NCBI GenBank assembly: GCA_963840175.1
Contig: CAWIXU010000004.1
Location: forward strand, 9,288-73,287
Origin: an uncultured Acidimicrobiia bacterium
Lineage (GTDB): Bacteria > Actinomycetota > Acidimicrobiia > Spongiisociales > ZC4RG35
DNA length: 64,000 nt
Direction: 5' to 3'
Each line of letters starts with the position of its first letter. Within the stretch, counting starts at the first letter, position 1. Shown one piece after another: positions 34,323 to 45,426 of this stretch. A program made the translations under genes and the position numbers. The notes below the pieces were generated by a model. It saw nothing but the letters and a program-made list of their open reading frames with translations. It did no database searches and had not been told where the DNA came from.

Positions 34323-34535
34323 ATGGACTGCCCCCAATGTGGCGTCGTCGACGTCATCGAGATCAAGCATCGCCTGCCCGACGGCAGCGAGGTCCAGTTC
34401 TTCTCATGCCACAAGTGCGAGGAGAAGTGGTGGGACCGCTCCGGCGACCAGATCAATCTGACCCAGGTGCTCGAGCTGGTTCGCAAGGTCCCGGTCCTGA
34501 CGCACCTGATGCCGGGGAATCTGCGATGCAGCTAG
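34323..34535 (+). CDS. Small zinc-ribbon protein (CxxC...CxxC)
   Basis: MDCPQCGVVDVIEIKHRLPDGSEVQFFSCHKCEEKWWDRSGDQINLTQVLELVRK in the frame of ORF 33966..34535. Confidence 0.4.
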   Translation: MDCPQCGVVDVIEIKHRLPDGSEVQFFSCHKCEEKWWDRSGDQINLTQVLELVRKVPVLTHLMPGNLRCS

Positions 34536-34665
34536 CCGGACCACCCTCCGGTACAACGCGCCGTTTCATCCCCTTGATCGTGGGCGTGGGTTGCGCTCTT
34601 GGCGATCCTCGCGGTGCTCAACCCCCGGCTCCTCCTCGACGGCCACCACGCCGTCGGGAGGCGAC

Positions 34666-36923
34666 ATGGCTGCCCATGTGGCAGTCCCCGCCTATCTCCG
34701 CGATGTTCTGCTCCCGCAGGGCCGAATCCTCGGCTGGTCGCAGGATTGGTTCGCCGGCTATCCGGTCTTCTACTTCTACTTCCCGCTGCCTTCGCTCGTC
34801 ATCGTCCTGCTCGACGTCGTCCTGCCCTACGGCGTCGCCTTCAAAGTCGCCACGATCTCGGGCCTCCTCGCCACCCCGCCAGCCGACTTACTACCTGGCT
34901 CGCAGCCTGCGATTCGGAAGAGCCGGTGTCGACGGTGGCCGCGGCGGGCGGTGCCGCCTTCATCTTCATGGAGAGCTTCACGATCTACGGAGCCAATGTT
35001 CTCTCGACCATGGCGGGCGAGTTCTCGTTCTCGTGGTCGTTGGCCCTCTCGTCTCTTGTATCTCGCTTTTCTGATCCGCTCGATCCGCGACGACCCGAGG
35101 TACGTCCCCTGGCCGGACTCTTTCTGGCCGGCGCGGTCCTCTGCCACATCATCACGATCATCGCTTTCATGGCGGCGAGCCTCGACGGTGCTCCTCTGGA
35201 AAGGGGCCTGCGGCAGGCGCTCAAGGTGTGGGCCATCGGATTCGCCATCAGCCGGGTTCTGGGTGGTCCCGCTGCTTGCCCGTCTCGGGTTCAGCTCCGA
35301 CATGGCGTGGATACCGCTTCGCAGCTGGGATCAGCTGTTCCCGCTCGAGATCTGGCTCCTGCTGCCCGCGCGATCGGCGGAGCCATCTGGGCACTGCGGC
35401 GCACCAACCGCAGGCTTGCCGTTGATGGCGCTGACCCTGCTGCCCGATCATCTACTACCCGCTGCCAATCGTCCTCCCGGACCTGCTCCCCGGGATCTTC
35501 AACGCCCGCTGGAAGCTGTGGAACGGCCGCCTGCTCCCGTTCTGGTATTTCGGGGTCACGTTCTTTGCCGCGATCGGCATCGGCGGCGTTTGCGATGTGG
35601 CTGACGAAGCGCTTCCCCGACCGGGTCTCCGGATTGCTGCCGCGGATCCTGTTCCTCGCAGCCGGGACGGTGGCGGTGATCCTGCTCGCCCGGGAAGAGA
35701 ATGTTCCCAATCCGGTGGTTTGGGCGTGTGGCGATCTGATGCTCGGGGCCTTAGTTGCCTCGATGCTCTGGATGCGAGCCGGTCGATACCCGGTCGTTCC
35801 TGGCCCTGAGCGCAGCCGGGATCCTGGCCTTTGGCGCGCTGGCCGGGATCACGATCATGAACGGATGGGCTCGCTGGAACTACACCGGCTACGAAGGCAA
35901 AGCCAAATGGCCCGAGTACGAGGCGCTGATGACGACAGCGGCCACGACTGGAACCGGGGCGGATTCATTGGGAATACGACGAAGACGATGAACGACTTCG
36001 GCTCGCCGATGGCCCTGATGCTGTTTCCGTACTGGACTCAGGAGGCTTTCGGGTCGATGGAAGGGCTGTTCTTCGAATCGTCGCTCTCGACTCCATTCCA
36101 CTTCCTCAACCAGGCGGAGATGAGCAAGGACCCATCGAGCCCCGATTCCGGGCCTCGACTATCACCGGTTCGACTTCGAACGCGGGCATCCCCCATCTGC
36201 AGATCTTCGGGGTCGACTACTACGTGACCTTCACCCCCGAAGCCACAGGATCTGGCCGACAGCTGGCCGGAACTGACCGAGATCGCCAGCTCACCGGACC
36301 GTTCACCTTCTACGAAGTGGCCGACTCCGCCCTGGTCGAGGCTGCGACTTCCAACCCGCCGTTTACGAAGGCCCCCACAACAGCCTGCCCGGCCCGACTG
36401 GGAGGAGTCGTCGGGATCGGTCCCGGACGAACAGGCGCAACCTTCGAGGAGGTCTCACTCGAGTGGTACGGATGGATGGATCTCCTCGATCGATGGATCA
36501 CCACCGACGGCCCCGCGGATTGGCCGCGGATCACGATCGTCGACCAACTCGGAGCCGGTCTGCTCCGCTGCGGATAACCGAAGCGAAGATCACCGACGTC
36601 GTGATGACCGACGATCGGATCTCGTTCCGCACCGACGCGATCGGGGTGCCCCACCTGGTGAAGGTCTCCTACTTTCCCAACTGGCAGGCCACGGGCGCCG
36701 AAGGGCCCTTCCACGCCGGGCCTTCGCTCATGATCGTGGTTCCGACCAGTCGACGGTGACCCTGCAGTTTGGCAACACGGCCGTCGAGAACCTCGGCTGG
36801 ATTCTGACCATCGCCGGACTGGCCGCCGGCCGGGCTCTGCTGCTGGTCAGGAGCCGGGCGAGCCGCAAGCCGCTCGGACGCGGGCTACGCCGTAGCCGAC
36901 GTCCGGCGGTATCCGCCCGCTGA
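34666..36923 (+). CDS. Large polytopic membrane protein with periplasmic C-terminal domain and final TM helix (putative GT-C-type glycosyltransferase); multiple frameshifts
   Basis: RBS GGGAGG, then ATG 34666 (MAAHVAVPAYLRDVLLPQGRILGWSQDWFAGYPVFYFYFPLPSL...). About 12 TM segments across ORFs 34591..35604 and 34599..36227. Soluble domain in ORFs 36224..36577 and 36463..36759 (VSYFPNWQATGAEGPF). Terminal TM helix ...NLGWILTIAGLAAGRALLLV ends near 36921. Confidence 0.4.
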
Positions 36924-37634
36924 GCGTCCACCACCAGCAGTCGGAGCGTGTCGCGGGCCATCTGCCAGAGCATGCCGCCCCGCACCGGCGCCTGCGGAAG
37001 CGCCCGGTCCCAACTCCACCGGCAGTCTCTTTGATTGAAACCCGCCCGCTGGGCCCGAACCAGCATCTCGAGGTCGTAGGCATATCCATCGATCCGCATC
37101 TGGGGAAGACCTGATCGAGGATCGATCGCCGGAAGATCTTGAGCCCGGTCTGGGTCTCGGGCACGGGCAGCCGAAACAGACCCACCGTCGCCAGCGAAAA
37201 CAGCCGGCTCAGCACTCGCCGGATGAACGGGTAGCGGCCCGTCGCCCATCGAGTCGCGCTTGGCACCGACCAGCACGTCGGCTCGCCCATGTCTTCGAGC
37301 AAGGCCGGCAGCTGCTCGGGCGGAAGGTCGAGATCGGCGTCGAGAAAGACGATCAGGTTCGCCGCGTGGCCCGGGCGCCCGTGAACAGCGCCTGGCCTTT
37401 GCCCCGGTTGACCTCGTGACGGAGGACCCGAACTCCCTCGGCATGTCGCGGTGGCCCGCAGCGCTTCGAGCAGCGTGTTGTCGCGTGCTGCCGTCGTCGA
37501 CCACGACGATCTCCACGGGCCCCATCGCCGACAGGACGGACGCGCACCCGCTCGATGTTGGCGGCGATCACCTGCGAACCCAGGTTGGCAGGCGGCAGGA
37601 CGACGGCGACATCGGACGAGAGGACTGTAGCCAT
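36840..37634 (-). CDS. Family 2 glycosyltransferase, polyprenol-phosphate sugar synthase (DPM1-like) type, frameshifted
   Basis: ORFs 37353..37745, 36847..37914 and 36728..37525 give MATVLSSDVAVVLPP...VVDDGS...VRVLRHEVNRGKGQAL...VVFLDADLDLPPEQLPALLEDM...RLPVPETQTGLKIFRRSIL...DGYAYDLEMLVRAQRAGF. Confidence 0.7.
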
Positions 37635-37728
37635 CGAACGGCGTGGAGTGTAAGCATCGGGTCGAAGCCATACAATCACCGGCGACCTCGACCTCAATCC
37701 GCCGAGCCGCCCTGCAAGGCGGCGCACG

Positions 37729-39040
37729 ATGAGCGGAGTTTTCAAGGCCTACGACATCCGAGGGCGAACCGACATCGGTGAGCTCACCCCGGAGCTGGCC
37801 ACGGCGGTCGGAGCCGCTTTTGCCGACCTCACCGGCGCCGAACCAGATCGCGGTCGGGCGGGATTGTCGAGCGTCGTCACCGGCGATGTCGGAGGCACTG
37901 ATCGATGGGATCACCGGCCAGGGGAGCCTCGGTCCTCGCTCTCGGCGAGGTCGCGACCGACTTCGTCTACTACGTCTCCGGCAGCCGGTCGGTCCCCGGG
38001 GTGATGATCACGGCGTCGCACAACCCGGCCGAATACAACGGGATCAAGCTTTGCCGGGAAGGAGCGGCCCCGGTGGGCGAGGACACCGGCCTCAAGGAGA
38101 TCGAGAGGATGGTGGCCGAACCGTCCATGGCCGAGCGACCGTGCGGGGGCATCGGTCGAGACCCTCGATGCCCGCGAGGGCTACGTCAACCATCTGCTCG
38201 CGATCGTCGACGAAGCGGCAATGTCGCGCTGCGAGGTGGCGGTCGACGGCGGGCAACGGCATGGCCGGGGCGGTGGTCGAGGCAGTCTTCGAGCGCATTC
38301 CTCCCACCATCATCGGGCTCTATCTCGAACCCGATGGGACCTTTCCCAATCATCCCGCCGATCCGCTGCAGCCCGAGAACCTGGTCGATGTCATCGCGCT
38401 GGTCAAGCGCGGAGAATGCCGATCTCGGGGTTGCCTTCGACGGCGACGCCGATCGGGCGGTCTTCATCGACGATCAGGGCGAGCCGCTCTCGGGAAGCAC
38501 CACCACGGCCCTGATCGCCCGGTGGTTCCTGGCCCGCCAGCCCGGGGCCACGATCGTCCACAACCTCATCACCTCACGGGCCGTGCCGGAGATCGTCGAG
38601 CTCGCTCGGCGGCAAACCGGTCCGAACCCGGGTCGGTCACTCCTTCATCAAGCAGGTGATGGCCGAGACCGGAGCCGTCTTCGGTGGCGAGCACTCCGGT
38701 CACTACTACTTCGCCGACAACTTCCGGGCCGACTCCGGGATGCTGGCGATGCTGGTGCTCCTCCAGGTCATCTCCGAGTCGGGGAGGAAGCTGTCGGAGA
38801 TCCGGAGCGAAGTCGAGCCGTACTGCCGCCTCGGGCGAGATCAACATTCAGCGTGGCCGATCAGAAGGCTGCCATGGATCGGGTCGAGGAGGAGTTCGCG
38901 GACGCCGAGCTCGACGATCTCGACGGGCTGACGGTCTCGTGGCCCGACCGCTGGTTCAATCTGCGGGCTTCGAACACCGAACCGTTGCTGCGCCTCAACG
39001 TCGAAGGCCCGGACCGACACAGTCGGTCGAAGAGCTGAGC
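37729..39040 (+). CDS. manB: Phosphomannomutase/phosphoglucomutase, several frameshifts
   Basis: MSGVFKAYDIRG at 37729. Active-site TASHNPAEYNGIK in ORF 37905..39038. GEHSGHYYF and the C-terminal NTEPLLRLNVEG segments are present. Confidence 0.8.
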
Positions 39041-39073
39041 GCGAAGGTCCAAGCCGTGATCGGAGGTGAGCCG

Positions 39074-39283
39074 ATGCCGCTCATTGACCCCGTGCTTGCT
39101 GCGATCATGGTCTGCCCGTTCGATCACGGCGACCTCTTCGAGGACGAGGCCACGTCCCGGCTCGTCTGCGCGGTCTGCGGCCGTGCCTACCCGGTTGACG
39201 ACGGGATACCGATCATGCTCATCGAGGAGGCCGAGCTCCCGGGGGACGGCCCAGCAGAACGGGACGGTCCCGATGCCGGCTGA
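39074..39283 (+). CDS. Trm112-family small zinc-finger protein
   Basis: MPLIDPVLAAIMVCPFDHGDLFEDEATSRLVCAVCGRAYPVDDGIPIMLIEEAEL, within ORF 38684..39283. Confidence 0.6.
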   Translation: MPLIDPVLAAIMVCPFDHGDLFEDEATSRLVCAVCGRAYPVDDGIPIMLIEEAELPGDGPAERDGPDAG

Positions 39284-40273
39284 GGAAATGGAGAAGATGA
39301 TCGCCGGTCTTGGCGGACAGCTGCGTTGGGCTGCCGAGCCTGACGCACCGCGACCCGATCCCGGTCCCGGGCGGGTCTGATTGTGGCCGGGATGGGCGGC
39401 TCGGGCATCTCGGGCGATTTGGTCGCGGTGCTGGCGGCGGTGCCCGGTAACCGTCCACAAGAGCTACGGGTTGCCAGCTTGGGCGCGAACCGGCCCCCGG
39501 CTCGTGGTCGCGATGTCCTACACCGGCAACACCGAGGAAACGCTGAGCGCCGTCGAAGCGGCGACCGGCCTTGGGCTGACTCCCGGCGGTGGTCACGCTC
39601 GGGAGGGAAGCTCGGGGAGATGGCCGCGGCCAACGGATGGCCGATCGTCACGGTGCCCGGCGGGCTCCAGCCGCGGGCCGCCCTCGGCTACATGCTCGGG
39701 TCGTCTGCTGCACCTGGTCGAGGATGCGGTCGATCTCAAGCCCGGCGATCTGGCGGCGGCGGCCGACCTGGTCGATCGATCACCGAGCGGGCTCGGGCAC
39801 GACCTGGCAGCCGACCTCGCCGCCGGACTCCACGACCGGATCGCGATCGTCTACGGGATCGGCGGTCTCACCGCTCCGATCGCGCAGCGTTGGAAGACCC
39901 AGATCAACGAGAACGCCAAATGGCCCGCGTGGTGCAACGCGATGCCAGAGCTCGATCACAACGAGATCGTTTCCTGGACCTCGTTGTCGGCGGTGACGAG
40001 CCGCCACGTCGGGATCATCAGCCTCAGCGACGACTCCGAGAGCCCCGGATCGATGGACGCTCGATTCCGCCACACCTCCCGGCTCACCGAGCACGATGTG
40101 CCCTGGGTCGGCGAGGTGTGGTCGCAGGGGGTCAGCCGTCTGGAACGGATGGTGAGCCTCTGCGCCATGGGAGACTTGGTCTCCTCGAGCTGGCCCAGGC
40201 CGGAGGCATCGATCCGGTGCCGCGATACCCGAGCTCGAATCGCTCGAAACAGCTACTCGCCAAGGAGTCCTGA
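39273..40273 (+). CDS. Bifunctional phosphoglucose/phosphomannose isomerase (SIS domain; Mtb ManA-type), frameshifted
   Basis: MPAEEMEKMIAGLGGQLRWA at 39273 overlaps the Trm112 stop. (I)VAGMGGSGISGDLVAV in ORF 39383..40273. PRLVVAMSYTGNTEETLSAVEAA in ORF 39381..41060. Confidence 0.7.
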
Positions 40274-40274
40274 A

Positions 40275-41526
<1,252 letters not shown>

Positions 41527-41563
41527 GCCGAGGCCGGAAGACCAGAAGACCGTTTCTGTCTCT

Positions 41564-42114
41564 CCCCCGGAGGGGGGAGTACCGAAGCGAAGCGGAGGGG
41601 AGGGGGGCGTTATCTCTTAACGACGACGCTCAACCCTCTTCTATCCGGCCCGAAAAGGAACTAGTCGTGAGTGGATGCCAAGACCTGGTCACACCAACCT
41701 CGCCGCGACGAGAGCACGCGACCTTCGAAAGGAAATGACCGTCTCTGAGGCCCGGGTGTGGCAGGTGCTGAAAGGCAGGCAATGCGGGGCCCGGTTTCGC
41801 CGCCAGGTCCCGATCGGTTGTTGGATCGTGGACTTCGCCAGCCTGCGGCCTCGTCTTGTGCTCGAAATTGATGACCAATCACATGACTGGCGCGACGAAA
41901 CGGAGCGCATCGAGTACATCGAGGCGAGGGGCTTTCCGATTCTGCGCCTGACCAATGAATACGTAGCGAAGGATCTAGGTGCTGTTCAGCGAACGATCAG
42001 CTACTGGGTCGCAGACCTCAAAGCAGGACGACGACCGGAATAGGTTTCGAGCTAGAGAAAACGCCCCCCTCGTCTGCCTCCTTCGTCGGCAGCCACTCCC
42101 CCCTCCGGGGGGAG
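41564..42114 (+). mobile_element. DUF559 cassette copy 2 (~550 bp) with 17-bp terminal inverted repeats; intact copy
   Basis: Left TIR CCCCCGGAGGGGGGAGT at 41564..41580. Right TIR (reverse complement, ACTCCCCCCTCCGGGGGGAG) at 42095..42114. Paralogous to 11570..12122. Inserted between ahcY and the P450 gene. Confidence 0.6.
41675..42043 (+). CDS. DUF559 domain protein (Vsr-like / PD-(D/E)xK endonuclease fold), 122 aa, intact
   Basis: ORF 41675..42043 (...TRARDLRKEMTVSEARVWQVLKGRQCGARFRRQVPIGCWIVDFASLRPRLVLEIDDQSHDWRDETERIEYIEARGFPILRLTNEYV...) matches the DUF559 consensus (FRRQ.PIG.YIVDF...IEVDG..H...D..R...L...G..VLRF.N). Confidence 0.8.
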   Translation: MPRPGHTNLAATRARDLRKEMTVSEARVWQVLKGRQCGARFRRQVPIGCWIVDFASLRPRLVLEIDDQSHDWRDETERIEYIEARGFPILRLTNEYVAKDLGAVQRTISYWVADLKAGRRPE

Positions 42115-42421
42115 AAACCGAATTGGGAGACGTGGCCACTCCCCTGCAGGGAGAGCCGAAGGAGAGACAACTAGGCGGTCGACCAGCAGGGGTCGTATTC
42201 GCAGCCGAACTCGAACGGCGGAAGAGTTTGCGGGATCGCCAGCGCCAGCACAACCGTGATTATCGCGAGCACGAGAAAAGCGGTTAAGTCAGTTTTTCGC
42301 GAAGATTGATGGGTGAAGGCACTGAGGTCAGTGCAGACCTTGTACGAAACCAGGGTGATCGCGACCAGATAGAGAACCGTCACCGTGCCCTGCCCCGAGC
42401 CCACATGGGGCGATCATAGAA

Positions 42422-43600
42422 CTACGCCTCCCATACAGCGGGAACCGAACGCGGCTTGCGGAACACCAGACCGGTTGGTCCGTCGACTTCCTGGGCCAGG
42501 CGCAGTCCCGGCCAGTGGTCGAGGGCCGCGTCGAGAGCCGCCAGAGTTTCAAGCTTGGCGAGATGGATGCCAATGCACGCATGCGGACCTTCCGCGAACG
42601 CAAGATGAGTTCGAGCGTTGGCGCGATGAATGTCGAATCGGTCGGGATCGACAAAGACGGACGGATCGCGATTCGCGGCTGTCAAAGAAACGATCACCAA
42701 GTCACCCCGGTTGATCTCTGCCCCGGCCAGCTGCACATCTCTTGTCGCATACCGGTCGACGCGTCCTGCCGCTGGCTCCAACCGAAGCGATTCCTCCATC
42801 GCTTGACGGCCGAGCGACCGATCTTCGATGATCATTTGCAGCTGTTCGGGATGGGTGAGGACATGCCAGAAAAGGCTCGTTGTCATTCCCTCGCTGGTCT
42901 CGATGCCACCGAACATCATCACGGCGGCGTTCGAGACCACCTCTTGCTCACCCAGCTGCCCACTCACTTCGGTCAGAAGCCCGTGCTGGCGGGTAGCGCT
43001 TTCCCGAACTGCGCGCCCGAGATCGCCCATTGCCTCGTGGCCAGCTCCAGTGACGTCTTGACCGGCTGAGATTCGATCGACGTCAGCCACGATCCGCTCG
43101 TACCAGCTGAGAACCGTGTCGACGTCCTCATCGACCAGATCGAGGGCTGCAGTCACCACGGCCACTGCCAGAGGACCGGCCAGCTCACGACGAATTTCGG
43201 CTTGGCCGGTGTCCGCCAAACGTTCGGTAAGGCGGCGCGCCTCTTGATGTACTCGATCAACGAATCGCTCCTTGACTTTTGCATGGACCAGCGCTGCCGC
43301 GAAAGGATCTCGATGTCGACGATGCTCTTCCCCGTCGAGTGACAACATGCTCGGACCGACCACCTGGCCAGTCGAGAAACGAGGGTCATCAACCGTGTAG
43401 GTCTGTGCGTCGCGCATCACTTCAACACAGAGGTCACGCCGGGTCACTAACCACCCATCGAGGGCCGGAACCCAACTCACCGGCTCGTGAGCGCGCAACG
43501 CCGCCAGATGCGGATAGGGGTCACCAGCCAGCTGTTCAAGCGTGACGGCCGCGCCGAGCGGGAATGCCATGAAGCCAATCTTGTCACACCGTTCCGTCAT
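42422..43600 (-). CDS. Cytochrome P450 monooxygenase
   Basis: Heme-binding loop FAEGPHACIGIHLAKLE near the C-terminus of ORF 42422..44101, plus ExxR (ESLRLEP) and an I-helix-like MMFGGIETSEG. The real start is probably MTERCDK/MAFPLG. The first ~165 aa of the ORF are read-through antisense to comF. Confidence 0.85.
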   Translation of the reverse strand: MTERCDKIGFMAFPLGAAVTLEQLAGDPYPHLAALRAHEPVSWVPALDGWLVTRRDLCVEVMRDAQTYTVDDPRFSTGQVVGPSMLSLDGEEHRRHRDPFAAALVHAKVKERFVDRVHQEARRLTERLADTGQAEIRRELAGPLAVAVVTAALDLVDEDVDTVLSWYERIVADVDRISAGQDVTGAGHEAMGDLGRAVRESATRQHGLLTEVSGQLGEQEVVSNAAVMMFGGIETSEGMTTSLFWHVLTHPEQLQMIIEDRSLGRQAMEESLRLEPAAGRVDRYATRDVQLAGAEINRGDLVIVSLTAANRDPSVFVDPDRFDIHRANARTHLAFAEGPHACIGIHLAKLETLAALDAALDHWPGLRLAQEVDGPTGLVFRKPRSVPAVWEA

Positions 43601-43609
43601 GGTGAACCG

Positions 43610-44173
43610 ATGCTTTGTGTGGGCTGCGGAAGGTTGGGCGATGACCTCTGTCGCGCCTGCCGGCAAAATCTGGTGGAGGCGCCCGACCGTTTGCTGGCCT
43701 CCGGATTGCTGGTTCGCTCGTGCTTCGAGCACACGGGCGTCGCCAAAACAGTCGTGCACGCCTTCAAATATCAGGGAAGCGATCGCGCAGGGTGGCTGCT
43801 TGCTCGAGCCCTCGCCTGCCTGCTGCCGCCGACGTGGCACTCTGGTGCCGCTACCTCCGCGAGCTGGCGCACCGTCACTTACGGAGTCGACCCCGCTCGT
43901 GAGCTGGCCAAAAAAGTTTCGTTGCTGACCGGCAGACAGATTTGGATGGGTTTGGAGCCACCATTGCACAGCTCCGCCCAGGCCGGACGCGTACGAACCG
44001 AACGCGACCCTCCGGCGTTTACGGTCAGCGAGGAGCCTCCCACCGACTTGATCCTGATCGACGATGTTGTCACCACTGGCCGAACCCTGATGAGCGCCCA
44101 ACGTTCGCTCGGCCAGGGCGACCGTCCAAAACCGGTTCTTTTGGCCCTGTCCGCGACAGCTACCAGTGACTAG
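43610..44173 (+). CDS. ComF-family phosphoribosyltransferase
   Basis: ORF 43487..44173 has an N-terminal zinc-finger (CVGCGRLGDDLCRACRQ) and the PRTase motif LILIDDVVTTGRTL. Confidence 0.75.
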   Translation: MLCVGCGRLGDDLCRACRQNLVEAPDRLLASGLLVRSCFEHTGVAKTVVHAFKYQGSDRAGWLLARALACLLPPTWHSGAATSASWRTVTYGVDPARELAKKVSLLTGRQIWMGLEPPLHSSAQAGRVRTERDPPAFTVSEEPPTDLILIDDVVTTGRTLMSAQRSLGQGDRPKPVLLALSATATSD

Positions 44174-44228
44174 TCTTTTCTCGGGAGTGTCGATAGTCCA
44201 AGTGCCAAAAGCTCTATTGGGGGAGTGA

Positions 44229-44765
44229 ATGGAAGTTCGTGTTCATACGCGTAACACCAGCATCGACGATCGGGTCAGGGAACTAGCCGCCGAAAAGCTC
44301 GGCCACGCCGCGCGGGTGTTCGAAAGCCAGGTGGCCGACATGGATGTCGAGTTCTCCGAGGAGCACAACCCCCGCCTGGCAGCCGAGCGCTACCGCCTCG
44401 AGGTCACCACGGCGGCAGCTGGCAAGGTGATCCGGGTGGTTTCAACGGCGGCCTCGGCCGAAACGGCCGTTGATCAGGCCGTGGACCGCCTCAACCTCCA
44501 ACTACGGCGTCTTAAAGGGAAATTGATCGAAAAACACCGGAAACACGCCGTCCATGACGGTTTGGTCGAGCCTCCCACAGAACCCACGAACGAGATTGTT
44601 CGTATCAAGCAATTCGTTATGAAGCCGATGACCGTAGAGGAAGCAGTGCTGCAGATGGAGTTGCTTGGTCATGACTTTTTCTTCTTTCACAACGACGGCA
44701 CCCAGCGCCAGAGCGTGCTGTATCGCCGTCGGGACGGTCAATTGGGTTTGATCGAATCAGCGTGA
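44229..44765 (+). CDS. hpf: Ribosome hibernation promoting factor (long form)
   Basis: Intact ORF 44229..44765. RaiA-like N-domain plus C-terminal dimerisation domain (EIVRIKQFVMKPMTVEEAVLQMELLGHDFFFFHNDGTQRQSVLYRRRDGQLGLIE). Confidence 0.85.
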   Translation: MEVRVHTRNTSIDDRVRELAAEKLGHAARVFESQVADMDVEFSEEHNPRLAAERYRLEVTTAAAGKVIRVVSTAASAETAVDQAVDRLNLQLRRLKGKLIEKHRKHAVHDGLVEPPTEPTNEIVRIKQFVMKPMTVEEAVLQMELLGHDFFFFHNDGTQRQSVLYRRRDGQLGLIESA

Positions 44766-45418
44766 AGAATCCGACTGTTCTTGTTGTCGACGACGCGCCT
44801 ATTTTTCAGGCGGGTTTGGCGGCTGCCCTCAAAGTGGAGGGCTTCGACGTCGTGGCGATTGCCTCCGATGCCCTCACTGCAATTGCTGAAGCCCGCCGTC
44901 ACCGCCCGGCTCTGGTTGTTCTGGACGTGTTGATGCCGGGGATCTCGGGTCTCGATGTCGTTGACAAGATCACCGACGCCTCGCCGGGAACCAAGGTTGT
45001 GCTGCTGACGTCGAGCGACTCCGAGGAGGACTTGCTCACGGCGATCAAGGCAGGAGCTTCCGGCTACATCATCAAAGACACGCCATTCCCCAAGCTGGTG
45101 GCGGCGATGAATGAAGTCGTCAAAGGGGGAGCCGTAGTGTCGCCCAAGCTTGCGGCCCGGCTCTTTGATGTGGTGGCCCATCTGCTGCGCAATCGGGATC
45201 TCAACGCCACCCGCCGGCCCTCTCTCACCGGTCGCGAGGTGGAGATCCTGCAATGGATCGCCGATGGTCGAACCTCGCGCGAGATAGGCGAACAGCTCTA
45301 CATCTCCGAGAACACCGTCAAGAACCACGTCCGCAACATCTTGGACAAGCTGGGGATGCAGTCCCGGCACGAAGCGGTCCGCTACGCCGAACACGCGGGA
45401 CTTCTGAATCGCCGATAG
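44762..45418 (+). CDS. NarL/LuxR-family two-component response regulator
   Basis: Intact ORF 44762..45418. Receiver domain (VLVVDD...VVLDVLMPGISG...SSDSEEDLLTAIKAGASGYIIKD) plus LuxR HTH (LTGREVEILQWIADGRTSREIGEQLYISENTVKNHVRNILDKLG). Confidence 0.85.
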   Translation: MKNPTVLVVDDAPIFQAGLAAALKVEGFDVVAIASDALTAIAEARRHRPALVVLDVLMPGISGLDVVDKITDASPGTKVVLLTSSDSEEDLLTAIKAGASGYIIKDTPFPKLVAAMNEVVKGGAVVSPKLAARLFDVVAHLLRNRDLNATRRPSLTGREVEILQWIADGRTSREIGEQLYISENTVKNHVRNILDKLGMQSRHEAVRYAEHAGLLNRR

Positions 45419-45426
45419 GCGATTCA

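Noticed and set aside
42422-44101. 559-aa P450 ORF taken at full length
   Set aside because: Only the C-terminal ~400 aa are P450-like. The N-terminal ~165 aa overlap the comF gene on the opposite strand and look like read-through.
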